This document shows, piece after piece, positions 49,069-63,539 of a stretch of DNA of 64,000 nt. The stretch spans positions 310,001 through 374,000 of the forward strand of contig CM061251.1 in NCBI GenBank assembly GCA_022605425.2. The letters run 5' to 3'. The first letter of the stretch is position 1. Each line of letters starts with the position of its first letter. The position numbers and the translations under genes are program-made. The notes beneath the pieces were generated by a model, which saw only the letters and a list, made by a program, of their open reading frames with translations, was not told where the DNA came from and did no database searches. The DNA is from Hamiltosporidium tvaerminnensis FI-OER-3-3 (taxonomy: Eukaryota > Fungi > Microsporidia).

Positions 49069-49897
49069 TTTTAGACGAAAAAAATACAAACATATAAATT
49101 GAATCCCTGAATTAATATATCATTTTATTACATTTTTATGCCAATGTATCTAATCTTAAGATAAGGCGTAAGAGTGCTTGTATTCGTACATATTCTTTCC
49201 AAGATTACATTCATTACGTATTCAATATTGAAAATAGTAGGTAAACGTTGTTATTTTTAACAAGATTTTTACAGCATAGAAAAAAAATACGGTTCATATA
49301 TTCCAAAAAGCAGTTCATTTATCAGAATGTGGTAAAATCACATGCTAAAAGGTACTTTTGAAAGAGTGAATCGCCGCTGAATGATATAAAGCGATACCTT
49401 TAATGATTATTGAAGCGAAGAAAATCTTTTATTACATAGAAAAATACACTGTTATAAATAGAATAATGGTGTGTTTTCAACGGTTCGGTTTATATATATC
49501 TTGTAAAGTATAACTTGAAAGAATTTAATTTCTTTTTTTGCAATTTTATTTATGATAATGATAATCATCAAGTAACCTTCTTGTATTAATTAGTAGGTTA
49601 TGAAGATATTGCGATCATAAATCCTTTTATCGTAGAAATATTTTGTTTATTTGAATGCAGCAAAAAACTTTACATCTTTGATATCTCTATTTCCTCCGCC
49701 CTTCATGATATTGAAGATATATATATCGAATAGAATGTCTTTAAAATATAAACATAATCATTTAAGACAAATTTGGAATTTCACTGAGTAAAAAAAATCT
49801 TTACTTACTCTATAACATATTTGTAGAAGGATCCAATCCTATATTATAATAAAAAACATACTGTGTTCGTTTTTAATTTTTGTATTTTTTGGAATAA

Positions 49898-51400
49898 ATG
49901 ATTGCATTCGCATCAATGTTTCTTTTAGAAGGTACCTATAGATCACTTGATTCTACAAGAAATCTAAAAGATTCCAATGATCTTCATAATCTTATTGATA
50001 GAAAAAGAATACGTGAAACCGAAACAACTTTATTGAATTCAAATAATTATTCGTTTCGGCCAAATAAAAAGCGATACATTTAATTAAATCTATCAAAAGA
50101 ATATGGTATAAGAAGTAAAAAACCGAGATTAGATATATATTCAGAAAATACTACAGATATTACACTTAAATATATTCACGCTAATTTTAAATATAATTGT
50201 GGAGGAGATTTGGAGCAAATCAACATTGAAAAATTTGGTTTTAAAGCAATGAATTAAAAATCATAAAATATGTGGATTTAGAAAAAACACAAAGAAGGTC
50301 ATTTAAAAGAACCATGGATTCTATTAGTGTCGATTATTCAAATATTTTTATAATTAGATCAAGCTGTTTTGATATTTTATACAGATCAAGCCTCATGAAA
50401 CTAATATTAATATTAAAGATATCACAAAAAGTAATATTGATCGTTTTTGGGTCTTAAAATTCATCGATATTTTATATTATGGGTTCGATTCGCAAATTAT
50501 TGGTTTAAATCGCAAGGAATTTATAGATTTAATTAGATTTCTCAACGTTCTTAACTGATACTCTAATACTGATGCCTTCTATATTTTTTAAAAAAATTAA
50601 AGTCCTTATTTATGTTTATACATAATAGATGAAACTTGTTTTAAGTTATTGAATATGACGAAATCTAAATATTTGAGGCATTTAAAATTGTTATTGCCAT
50701 TCTTAGCTGTACTTTATAATAAAGTCGATGTGTTTTTTAATTTAAATACAAAAAAATTAAAGTTTATTACAAAGGAACAAAACAGAGAATCCTTTAAGTT
50801 TGAGATAAATTTTAACGATAATACAATAATTCAGATCACGCCCGAAGCTCTTAATTACATGCAACAAGATGATTCTAACGGGAAAAAGGAACCATTAGGT
50901 GCTTTTGGTTAGCTCTTATAAACTTACTGGAATAAAGATTTCTAGTGATGATAGGTATTATACCGAATTTGTCTCACGAAATTCGCTTGTAAATTTATTC
51001 TAAATAACCGTGTCATCTATAAAATGCAAGCAAGCCTTTGTTCTGTTTTCAGAAACATCTTCTATCAAAATAAATACGTTAAAGCTAAAGAAATAAAAGA
51101 TTATGGCTATTAACAGAAAATGTTGCCCTTTTTAGTAAATTTTAAAACTTGGAATCTTTAAGTATAATGAAATGTGATTTCGAAAACCCTTTGTATTTCC
51201 TTCGTAAATTAGCATCAATGTTTCAAAAATCAAAGATCTTAGGAATTGTTGGATTATTTTTAAGATCTGGCTGTTTAAATAATCTATTTTTTATTTACAA
51301 AGAGATTTTTGATCTTTTTGTTGCAAACCTTAAGAAAAATTTCGAAATCTAAATATGCAAATGAAATCTTGTAAAAGTTTGAGAATAGATTATTAAAGTC
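49898..51400 (+). pseudogene. Decayed protein-coding gene, possibly an LRR / secreted-family relic
   Basis: Chain of same-strand short ORFs with coding-like composition; LRR-like LESLSIMKCDF. Identity uncertain. Confidence 0.4.
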
Positions 51401-54400
51401 TAAATTATAAGGGGACGAGGGCAATGATTTCAACACATTCTTTAAAAATTTGAAGCATGAGGGAAACTAAGGGTAAAATATTTCGTATTTTTGAACATTC
51501 AGAAATTTAAAAAAATTCTTTTATTATTTAAATCTTTCTGGAATAGGTTCAATAAGAAAATCGTAAATTTTTTTAAATATAAAAGCCGAAATATTTTTTT
51601 AGAAAATCTAGATCATTTTGGCGATTTAACCCGAGTATTGACGCTAAATTAATATATTCAAGTACAAAGACCATATCTTATCAAAAAATTATTGGTTTCA
51701 AGATATATTTATATCATTAAGAATTTTGAAATACTCAAATGTTTAAAACTTTCTTGAACAAAAATAATGAGCTTACATCAATTGTTCTTGATTTTCAAAT
51801 TAAATGTCCTTTAAATATCTTTATTTATCGGATAGTAAATTTTAAAAAAATTACATCCGTTGCCTTAATCAGTTTATTTGCATAGAAACAAAAAATATAT
51901 AAACTTGCAACCTTTAATCAGGTTTGATGGAATATCTTTCTGTATGCTCTCAACAGTATCGCTGAGAAAAATAAATTTAGATAGAAATATACTAAGTAAT
52001 TCAGATATATTTACAGTTAAACAATTTATACTTCTATTTAATTCTGTTCTTTTTAAAATGAAATATTTTTTAATTCCTCAAAAGCGTATGAAGCCTTAAG
52101 ACTTGAAAAGTTAGGTACATTGATTTTGGTTTCTACATTTTTTACAAGCGAAATTTATTGGGTATAATGAGACAATCGTCATTGAAAAATCTTGAACTTC
52201 AAGGATTTCATTTAGACAAAAATGTTTTTACAAATATGGAATATCTTATCCTACTTTTGTACAAAAAACTACTCTTATTGATTCCAAATATTTTTCCGAA
52301 TATACAGACACCTTAAATCACTTTAAAATCCGCAGTAAAGAAGTTTGGATTAATTAAATGCCTTTTACTTATTAAATTTTTATAATATTTTTAGATTCAA
52401 AATTATTTGCAAATTTAATGTAAAATTCATAATGACTTGTTTTATCTATGTTGATTATTACTTGCATAATATCAGGCCATATATTTGTGAAGCACACTTT
52501 CCAAATATTTTGATGTGACAAAATAGTCTTCATAAGGTTTTAGTTATTAGAAGATTGTTATTATATTTGTTTATTTGAAAATTACAATTAAATTTTAATT
52601 TAGTTTAATTTGAGTTAATATATTTCTAAAACAGTGAATTTTTTGCTTACGTAAAATATATTTTTTTCTAGAGTTTGTATAATTGTAAAAAAATAAATAA
52701 TTACGGCTTCCCTATATTTCTTAATTTAAAAAAACAGTATATAGTCACATATCCAGTCGATTTTGTTTTATATAAATACCTAGATTAAACTTCAATCAAA
52801 ACTTAAATAGATTAATTTGAAGAATATTCACAGGCTAAAATTCCTAATATGTAATCTAAAAACGCAGAGATAATTAGATAATTTCTATTCAGTATGATTT
52901 CCAAAAAAATTGTGATTTAATCTTAAAAGCAAAAAAACAATTCTGAATATTGGAATAAAATTTTAATACCGAAGCTGTAAGCAGCTGAAGAGTTAATAAA
53001 ATCACTTAAAAAAGCTGCAAATACAAAACAAGCTATTCAATACAACACCCCTTCCGGGAAAATAATTTATTATTTGCGAGAATAAAGGATTGATATAAAA
53101 TTTTCACACAAGAACATGTATTAAAAGATATTCTTTTTTTAATTCAAAAAATCATTTTTCAAGTTTCTAATAGAATTAAAACTTTAAGAATTTAGCAAAT
53201 TGCTTCTTTCTAGAAAAATTACACATGTAATTTCGTTAGAGATTAACACAAAGAAATGGTCCTAAAAATTGAATTTTATCAAAAGATATAAATTTATTAT
53301 TTAAATATTTTGATATATTTCAAATCATATAATGTTTAGAGAACTCGTACATTTTTATAAGGAAATATATAACTATATCATCTTAGATCTCTTTAAATTC
53401 TTATAGAAGCGGAAATCTGTAGTTTAAAAAATTGTAGTTCGGGAATTCGTTACCTTGGGTTTATATGCTTTTATGAATCTTTAGATTTATTTCTTATTTA
53501 TAATTCTACATAAATGTTTGACGCATTTATACTTTTTAGAAGGAAAATTGTCTTTCTTATTCTAATTGGTACTCGATTTATTGCTTAAGATTATTAAAAA
53601 GTTAAGATGTGTAATATTGGCAAGGAAGGATTAAAGGTAATAAATTTCTTATCGGTAATCATTCTTGTTTTTGCTTTATAACTGTTAAAATGAAATAATG
53701 TTTAACGAAAACCATGTCAATATTATTGAATGTATCGATTAGATATCTCCTAGTATTATTTCAAATTATAAAAAATTATTAATGAGATATTTTTAATATT
53801 TAGAAATAGTAAAATTAGTATATAAATATTAAAAAAACATTTTGTGACTATTGAAGTAATATTTCTTAAGTTTTTAGACCTAACTTTTGACTATATCATG
53901 GTAAATAATCTATTCATTTTAAGAAATATTTGCCATATATGTATTTAAATAATTTCCAATAGTGGTTTATTTAGATTCCTAAATACCTTTATTTTAGCAT
54001 ATTTTAATATTGTTTGGCAGGTGCACGGTATATTTTTTTCATTATGAATGTAATACAATTTGTTTAAAGAAACTATATATACCTTTTATAAATTATATAG
54101 AGAGAATAAGAAATAATTTGAAGTTAGACAACTTACTTATATAACAAATGCCTTAGTTAAACTTTAAAATTCAAATTTTGCTCCTATCACGGTCTGATCT
54201 CATAATATTGATTTCTTTTGCAACCAAATATTTGCTTCCAGCATCAAATGTCACTTCAGGTCATTTAGCAAAAATAAAACACATAATGAATGATTTTTCA
54301 GGCTCTTCACCTGTGAATATTATTTTTCGAGTAGCGTTTTTTATACCAAAAATTAAATGTGATTTGCTCGCAGTTCATTTTATCACATATTAGATCATAG

Positions 54401-56875
54401 ATGTAGCGTAAAACAGTGGCTTTTCTGATGCAAAACAGCCAAATAATCATTCTAGTGATAAATATCATTCTTCATATATATTAATTTACCTTTTTTTGGT
54501 CAACTCAATTCTTTCAGGTTTCCTTCTTTAGTAATTGATCTAAATAGATAGGCTTCTTCTCCCTTGTTTCGCAGCGAGATTTTTCCTTTATAAACCAATA
54601 ATATTGCATAACCATTCTAAAAAGAATCTTTTATGTCCAAATAAAAGATTTTTAAGAGAAAATTAAATCTGGATTGAAGATGTTTTCTAGCTTAAGGAAA
54701 ATATTTTTTTATATTTCATCTTTTTTAGGAAAAGTTAGTTTTCATATCAAACTATTAATAATATAATACGTTATTATTTCAGAAATTAATTATTTTTTTT
54801 ATTTCTTTGTAAAAAAAGGCTTTGATGATAAATCTTTGTCGCTAGAACAACATGTTTTAGACTTAATAAATTTTCTACTACACTAGAGCCTTTTTTAATT
54901 TGTATTTCATACTAGGTTTCTTATCTATACTTTATGAGCGCTTTAAACCGGTCAATAATAATTTTAATGCAAAAAACCGAATTTAAAAATTTATTGCAAT
55001 ATTTATAATTCCAAATCTACTTCCCCACTACAAATTGATAAAAAAAATATAATAAATAATTATGGATAGCATAAAATACACTTAAATTTGCTTTAATTCT
55101 TTCAATAATGATTTTTTCCGCATCCTGATATGAAATTTAATAATTTTCTTTTCTAATTATAAAAAGTTTAGAACCAATCATTTTGATATGGATTTTAGAT
55201 ATATAATAAAAACATGATTTTTGAAACTAAAATTCCGTCTTACTTAATATATGCATCTTTTTGGATTGTACGATATTTAGCATTAAGATAACTATGGTGT
55301 AGCTTCTTTGTAGCGATTTTTTCCATTAATCCTCTCTGTCGCTTAAATGGAAAAAATCTCTCTTTTTGTTTCTTTTTTATTCAACAGAATCATTTTGCCT
55401 TTTATCTTTAAATTTAACACGTTAAACATATAGTTGTTTAATTTATTTCCTAATTTCTTTATAATTTATATGAATATGAAATTTATATTTACAAGAAAAA
55501 AAAAATTCATTGAATCATATTATAATTAAACAATTAAATACATTTTGAAAATCTATGAAGAGTTGTGAGTATCATTAAATAAATTATAAAGACAAATTCT
55601 ATAGATAGTGAGCCAAAAAGAAATCTATAATATTTAAATTTATCGATTAAAAAAACACGGTTTCTAGATTTCTAGAAAAAGCTAATTAAAATTTTTTGAT
55701 AGAACCTGTTTTTAAACGCATATCATTAGCTATCATTTTTTATGTTAATTTATACGCTCATATCTGACATTATGGAAGACCTATTAATATTAAAGGCTCT
55801 AAACCTCTAAAATTGAATTTTTTAAATCTAGATTCCTTTTGACACCTTGCTTAATTAAATTCAAGAAGACAAATTTTGCAAACCCCTTTTTAAGAATTCA
55901 TTTATCAAGAAGATGTTTTATTTTTAACATGCTTTTGATTTTAATTGATGGTTTTATTATAATAAATTACTTTTAATTTCTAAAGCCCTTCCCATTGGAT
56001 TTTGAGAAGTTTAAAAGTTTGCTAGATTTATATTGTGGACTTTTTCAATGAATAAAAACATTCCAAAACACATTAACCCCCAAGAAAATTTCTGTGGGGT
56101 TATATAATGTGTTCCATGTATCTGGTTTCCAAAATTATCAATTTTTTAATTTCGTCGATAATTTGATAAAGAAATTCAAAACTTTGCGTAAAATAATCTA
56201 GCAAGGAAGATATATTTCTTTTTTTTTGTTATTTACTTTTTTCTAGACTTTTTTCGAACCCAATTATATGTTTTTTGCCTGTTTATATCTATCATGTGAT
56301 GTATTTTTCAATATACATACTTCGGCCTTTAGAATTATAACTTTTCTTAAGTTTTAGGTTAAATCTAATTTAGTTTTACCTTACACTTTAATTTACGAAA
56401 AAATGGCAAAAAGGAGGTAAATAGTTTGTTATTGCTAACCATAATGCCTCCGCTGCTCTTTCTCTTAACTTTTCTTATAGTGCTTGTTTTTTTATTCAAG
56501 TAAGAGGGTCTACATTCCCTAAATTGTCTATTCATAAAGACTTTGGATAGTGATGCCAGCAACAAACGGTTTTTCGTAATTATAATTGCTAAGTTTAGGA
56601 ATATGCTTATGATTTGAGCCGCAAAACTTTATAAATTAGTAAATACATCGAGTAGCAGAGCTAGAATATCTAAACTGGTTATTCCAAGCCTAGCCAGAAT
56701 ATTAATTATTCTGGGTTTTAGCTATGAAAAAATGGGTAATAATTATATTGAAAAAAATAAATTGTTTTTAAAATGAAAATTGTCAGACTACCATTCTATA
56801 TATTCTTTTATATACTTTTTTTAGAAAAAATTGTTGTTTTAAAGTAAAAAGAATATAAAAAAGGATTTATTGTAT

Positions 56876-57386
56876 TTATGAAATATACAAATTTTTCAAT
56901 CTTTCCTTGGAATCGCTTATTCCTTCCCATCTTTTTTTCCTTTTAATTTTTTTAACAGTAATTTTTTCTTCCTCAATCTGCCTTATAATTGATTCATTGT
57001 TTAGATTTGCAGAGGAATTATTCAGAAAATTTACACCATCGTTTTTAATACCATCTTTAAGAATATTTTTTGAAGCACTTCCACCTTTTCATCACTTTAA
57101 TTACCATACACATAAACTTGCGCCATTGTTATGTAAACTGGTGCTTCTTTTTTCTTATGAAAATAATTATCAACATTATCTTTAAAAGGTAAGCCTAAGC
57201 AATTCTTTTGTCTAGACTCGTTTTTGCGAATATAAGAGCGATATTATTGTAAATGTTTAAAGGTTTTGTATAATTGTGCTTGCAATGATTATCAAGCGCC
57301 TTCGATGTGTTAACATTACTAGATTGATCATTCATTGGCTTTGCTGTATTTTCCCAGAATATTATTAGATCTTTTACTCTTTTCAT
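56876..57386 (-). pseudogene. Disrupted small ORF (MKRVKDLIIFWE...ITVKKIKRKKRWE)
   Basis: Two coding-like minus-strand frames separated by a stop or frameshift. Confidence 0.3.
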
Positions 57387-57976
57387 TGTTATTTGTATTT
57401 TGCAAAAATAAATACTTTTAATATTTTTCTCGAACACTCTTGGATTTTTTTGATAATCAGATACCAGCATAACAAAACAAAAAGGAACAATTATATGTTC
57501 TTTTTTAAAAAATCTATATTTTTTGATTTTTGGAAATGCATTTGGTAATAAAATGCACCTTATGTTATTTTGTACTCAAATATCGTTTTTCATTTAAAGT
57601 TTAATGAATACAGTTTAAACATAAATTTTTTTTAAGAATAGTAGTAGTACACCTTAGAGTAGATTTATTTGTTTTTAGACATTTTATCCCTTCGAATCAA
57701 ATGCTACAATAAAAAATTAGATCTTGCTAAGAATAAGGAATAGAAATTTATGCATGAAAAAATCAAAGCATCAATTTATGTTTAAAGATTGAATTAGATT
57801 GTTGAAAAACTTTAATCAAATTTCTCAAGATTGATTATTTGATCTCTTTTGTATAAAATAAACACATTCATTTAAAATAGTATTATGAAATTAAAATTAT
57901 GTGTATTTAAAGTTATATATAGAAACCCAACAAATTTTAATAATCACATAAGAATTTTATTATTTTAAAAAGCAAG

Positions 57977-58208
57977 CTTTATTTATCCTCGGCACTACAG
58001 CCCTGTACGAGCCTTATCATCAGTCAGTAATGCCACTCGTTGGTCTTTTTGTAGTGGGTTTGTTTACTTTTCGGGTAATGTAACAAGGCTATTTTTAAGG
58101 GTGGGTTGTTAGCCCTACGCCCAACATGAAGGACCAGTTCTTTTTAGTCGCTTCTTACGACAAGCAGAGAACACTTCAAGCCAATTATGCTCCCGGCATG
58201 GTAGAGAA
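57977..58208 (-). mobile_element. ~230-bp bipartite RTE-derived non-autonomous retroposon with a 10-bp TSD
   Basis: TSD aaaaagcaag at 57967-57976 and 58209-58218. 5' part has CTGCTTGTCGTAAGAAGCGACTAA and GTTGGGCGTAGGGCTAACAACCCACCCTTAAAAA (RTE 5'-UTR-like); 3' end AAGGCTCGTACAGGGCTGTAGTGCC + ATAAATAAA (RTE 3'-like). Confidence 0.78.
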
Positions 58209-60629
58209 AAAAAGCAAGTTTAAATGTGATAATTTAAATCTAAATACTAAAGGCTATGGTATAAAAATATATCGACTTTAAAACAAATTTCCATATCAAT
58301 TAAATAATGTTAACGCTTTTTTATATTAGATTCAAGCCATAGAATAAAAATTTCAATAGAAATTTCTAAACTGGATATAAATTTATTTATTAAAACAAAG
58401 CAAGTATAAATCGATGAATATAATACAAATTCATACTTGAAAAAATATTTTTGAAGAATAGAGATAATGTTTTCTTTTTTATACTTAGTAATATTTGTTT
58501 TTTATTTTTAAACAATTATTTTATCTCATAATTAAATTTAACAAAATCCTCCATTTAATTTTCTTCTTCATACGCCAAATATGTCTGTAGTTTTCGATGG
58601 TCAAGCAAAAAATTCTAGTTTTAAGTTCCATGTTTTATTTGACAGGTCATTTTCTATCCAGATGATTATAATTCAAGGTTTTAAATGATTATTATAAACT
58701 ACATTGATGTTTTTTTCTAAATATTCGTAAATATTTTGAAGTGGCTAAGATCATCTTGGATAGTAAAATATGTAATTAGTATTCTCATTCTTAGAAATAT
58801 AAATTGGTTGTACAAATATATTCCAGGGTATTTTAGCTATTCCTGATGTATTTTGGTGCATTTGTGATCAAAAGGGTCTCTATCTACATATATGAGAGTA
58901 TCTATACACTAATCTTCGAGGGCTTTGACCATTGCTACTTAGACAATCGTTAGTTTATTTGTCTTTTTTTTTAAAAAATATAAAAACATTTTGATGAGTA
59001 AATTTATCAAACACATGAAACCTTCTATTTTTTTATCCGCTATATATCAGGTTACTTGATTATAATTTAAGCCTCGATTTTTATTCTGTTTATATTCCTT
59101 ATTTATGTGCTATATTCTATATAATTTCTTTAATGGCATCAGCGCGGAGTCCTTTTTATGACCCAGATCTTTATTTATTTCATATTAGTAGAATATGATA
59201 TTCAAGTAATCAGTTTTTTGGTTATTTTGTTTGTGCTTATCTATTTCCGCTTCTGATATCACGATTCTTATTATTTTAGCAAAGTTACTATTTATTTACA
59301 CATTTCTTAAGAACTAAAATACTATTTTATCTTAGATATAACGGTCACTGCTTCTGTTTGGAGCTAAAGTATAAATAATTTTAATTACCTAATAATACTA
59401 GACATGTATGATTCTATTATTCAAAGTTTAAAATTGACGTTTACCTTTGTTTATTGTGCCTTTTTAACTTCTTTTTTGTTGCATCTCCTTTGTTCCTCGG
59501 TTTTATTCGTAGAAAGTCTTTACTAGGTTTAAATAGATTTTGAATTTTCATTTTTAAAACTTCTGCTTTCCTGAATATGATTTTTTTCCTTTAACTTGCT
59601 TCTTTAAGTTTAAATGAGTATTTTACAATTCCGCAATATCTTCTTTCAAGCTTATATATTTCTGTGTTAGTTAATCTAACATAGTAATTACAAATAATCA
59701 GTAAAATGTGTTTCTTATTTATATGTTATGTAGTTACTTGTTTCGGCAAGCTATTAAAAAAATAACAGATTCTATTGATATTGAATTATAAAGTATAATT
59801 TTTAATATTGTTGAAGGCATTAAATTAAAGTGACTTTTTTTACATACCCTTAAACTGCCAAAGACTCGTTTTACTTATATTATTTAAGACACTAGTTTTT
59901 AGTCTTTTGTGTTAGAAATTTAGTTTTCAGCAACTTGTTATACAATTTTGCTTTTTTTTATGATAAATAATATATTTTTATTTCACAGGCTTATTATACA
60001 AAAAAATTTTTATTTAAAAAAACACTGACATACAAATATATCTGTTAATATATTTAAAATAGATGGTGTAACATTGAAATAAATAAAAAAATACATTTAT
60101 TTTAGTCTGTTCATAATCCACTTACATATAAACAACATATTTACACAGCTCATTACTTTTTGAGTATATATTTTGCCGTTTCTAAAAATTTTAATAAAAT
60201 TTTTTAAAAAGAATGTATATTTAATTTTAAAGGTTTACTTTAATGGAAAAAATTTTCGTTATAATATTTAGCATATTGGTGTTATTATATATTAGAATAT
60301 ATTTGTTTCTTTACAAGGAAATATTTTTGTTTTTTCTGATATTTTTGAGTGAGTTTTCTCAAAACACGAAAATTGTTATAATTTTTAAAGTGAAAGTTTG
60401 AATTTTGAACTTTTTTTATATTTTTTGCCTACTGAAAGAAATGAAATGGTGAATTTCGGCTAAGCTGAAAACTTTAAGCAGAAGTAACTAATAATAATCA
60501 TATCTACAACCATAAATTATCCAAAGAATATAAAATATTTGTATCAAGTAGAAATAAAGTTTTTCGATTTAAGAAGAAAATTAAATATTACATATCTTCT
60601 CAATAACTAATTAAAATTCCATAGCCATT

Positions 60630-62308
60630 ATATTTAATAAAATTCTTGGTAAAATAATTTTCTCATTCTTAATATTTTTTTCAACCGTTTTAATAACTTC
60701 ACCGCCTTCTTCTAAATCCGAATCTTCATTTGCACAAATTTTTAGATCCGCAAATGAGGTTATGCTATCTAAAACAAGGTTGGAAATATTGTTTGTATTT
60801 TCAGTCTGAGCCCTATCTTCCTTCGAAGTCATCTTGATTTACAAGAGGTGTAGCTTGTTTACACTCTCAGCTCATTCAATAATACTTATTTGCTCTTTCG
60901 CAGCTCTTTTTAGCATTTAGTTGAGACACTAGCCTCTTTTTCGATAATAAGAAATTGTTTCGACTGCCTTCTTAAGTACTATTGATTGTATATATGCCTC
61001 TACATACATTGGTACTTGTAATATTTTAGCATAGTTCTTATGATATTTTGTCACAATACCCTCCCAAGTCACCACATAAGGGAATATCTCTACATACATT
61101 TTATAATAAAAAGTAAAACCTTTGCAAATATGTCATACTTACTAAATTTTTCAGTTTCAACTATTTGAAGTGAATATTGGGAAGTATTTTCTACTTCGAA
61201 GGGGTGTTATCATCCTGTTCTTCCTATCTAAAATAAATATTCGGGGGCTATTATTTCGGATCTTGACATACGTGTTTATCCATGATGTCCATTCTTATCT
61301 TTGCATACTCGTTATCAAGAATTTCAGGAACTGAATCGCTCTTAATCTGTTTTAAAGACTTAAAATTATATATATTTTTGAAGAGAAGCTGCGCAAAATT
61401 AATCCCTTCATTACTGTGTCTGGACATGTCTTTTCCTAATATTTTCTTAGGTCGCTTTGCTAGATAATCTACAGTTTTACTAGACCAACCGCAGCCATGA
61501 CACATACGTTCTGCTCTTAAGAAAACATTCCAATCCTGGGTATAGCAAACCACCGTTTTGCCACATGGCCTAATATTCGCTTTCTTCAGCAATCTAGAAC
61601 AGTCACCAACATTTATAATCTCATTTTTTCTTGCATTTTATATAACATTGAGAAAAAGTTTATGTTTTTTAGATTTCGTTATATAGTGCTGCAAGCTGAG
61701 CTTCTTCTGCACTCTTCTTTGTGATCTCTCTTTTCAACCTATACTCTTTTTTTAAAACTTTTTATTGATGTAAGGGTGGGGTTGTTAGTATTTTTCACCA
61801 TTTAGATTCTGCTCTTCTAGATGATATTTTTTTATCTTTTTTCTAGACAATCCAAAAGTTCAGAAGCATATTTTCACTTCGCAACTCGAGAATATGAAAG
61901 CTGCTATTAAGTTCTATCTGGAAAGGAACAAATTTTCTTTACATCATGGAAAATGAAATGCCTCGTTTTTTTTTACCAACAACATATGCACAGAATCATA
62001 TTAAGTAGAGAAATCGGCTTATTAAAGTTGAAGTACTCTTATGAGATAGTTTATTTAAGATATCACATGTTGATTAAATTGAGAAAATATTTTTTGAGTA
62101 TTTAATCTAGTATGGCAAAGTCTTTTGACCATTGATATCAGTTTATTCTGTACTTCTTCGAACGACTTACTTGTTTAAATTTCTCTGGTACCTTCTATTA
62201 TTCCAAGGTATAAATAAACACATATTCCTTCAAGAAGAGTAGCTTTAGTTTCGTAACACGCATCATTTGTCGATAGCTTCTTTTTGTTATATCCCTAAGC
62301 TAATTACA
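60630..62308 (-). mobile_element. Old, heavily decayed 5'-truncated R4 copy
   Basis: Remnants of YLGIIEG, EILDNEYAKIR, FPYVVTWEGIVTKYH, NEDSDLEEG; colinear with 18880-20557. Confidence 0.88.
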
Positions 62309-62310
62309 TT

Positions 62311-62432
62311 TGTCGTAAACTCAGTTTTGACTATAGATCAACACCTCTTAAATGAATATTTCTTTTATTCCTAAGAAGGAGGGAAAATGAAACAAAACAG
62401 AAGACCCTTATTAAATAAAAAATTTTCATTTA
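62311..62432 (+). mobile_element. 5'-terminal fragment of the Gypsy family seen at 1-3818
   Basis: tgtcgtaaactca...cctaagaaggagggaaaatgaaaca..aagacc matches the reverse complement of 3690-3818. Confidence 0.75.
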
Positions 62433-62699
62433 TACTTCTCCATGCCGGCACACGGCAAAGAATTTTTTCACTTTTTAATTAGTCCTAGCATCGGTGCGTT
62501 TTTTATACAAGAAATCCCTTAATCAAAATTTCTATATGGGATAATACGTTCAAAAGAAGCTACTTTCACATTTAAAAATCCTTATTTACTCCTGATTAAA
62601 AACCATCGATCCTTAGATGCCCAATTTTGCGTAAAAAACGAATTCGAAAGAAAGGAAAATAATATAATTTTTTATTTTTAAAGAGCACGAAACACCAGA

Positions 62700-63539
62700 T
62701 CGTTTAAATTACACGAAAATTTTTTATTTAATATGATCACAAAGCACTTGTGAAATTATTGTTGTATATATTATTTTCAACATAATTTCATAAAAAAACA
62801 TGCTGTTGATTTGCACTTCAAATAAAAAATCTCAAATTAAAACTAGAAAAGAAATTTTGTATAGAATCTAAAGAAAATAAAAACATTTTAAATCTGAAAC
62901 ACGAAAAAGCCACGAAAAAATGCGGTTTTGTTGTAAATATGAGTAAAAACGTACGCGGTGGAGATGCTATAAAAAAAATTAAACAAATTTATCGACAATA
63001 TTAAGCAGTATATTCTTGAAAAAGATATTGAAACAAGTGTTTTTAGAATTTCAGGTAAATATGGTGTTAAAAAGGCAGTCTCATATTCTCTGAGAGATAA
63101 TGGTCGATATAGTCTAAGGTATTAACAATAAATGATAATTCTAGTATATTCACGGCATATATCAGAAATAAGTTAACTGGAATGGTGCCAGAATATATAT
63201 ATAAAGAGCTTCTACAAGCATTTAAGGGCTCTGGAGATGCTAAATCAGTTAAATGGTAGTGATATATTAGATTTTGATTAGATGATAAGGATAGAGAGTT
63301 TTTGGTACATTTAAAACGAATCTCTGAACAGATTGAAAATTTTAAAGACTATAACAAGATGCCATTAGATGCTCTTGTAAAAAAAATTTAATCCAACTAT
63401 ATCCCGAACTATAGACATTATGACTTGAAAATGGTTAAAAAGCAAACCGACTAAAAAAAGATTTATTCGAATAAGATAGGAACAAGGCATTTTAGATAAT
63501 TTCAATACCGTACTTTTAAACGTTGTACTAAACAAATAG
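62700..63539 (+). pseudogene. RhoGAP paralog pseudogene
   Basis: Colinear with 44100-44956 (KPRKKCG, VFRISG, NDNSSIFTAYIR, GMVPEYIYKELL, DYNKM) with several frameshifts. Confidence 0.85.

Noticed and set aside
58016-58026. CTGATGA on the minus strand as a hammerhead core
   Set aside because: No correctly placed GAAA/NUH with stems I-III.
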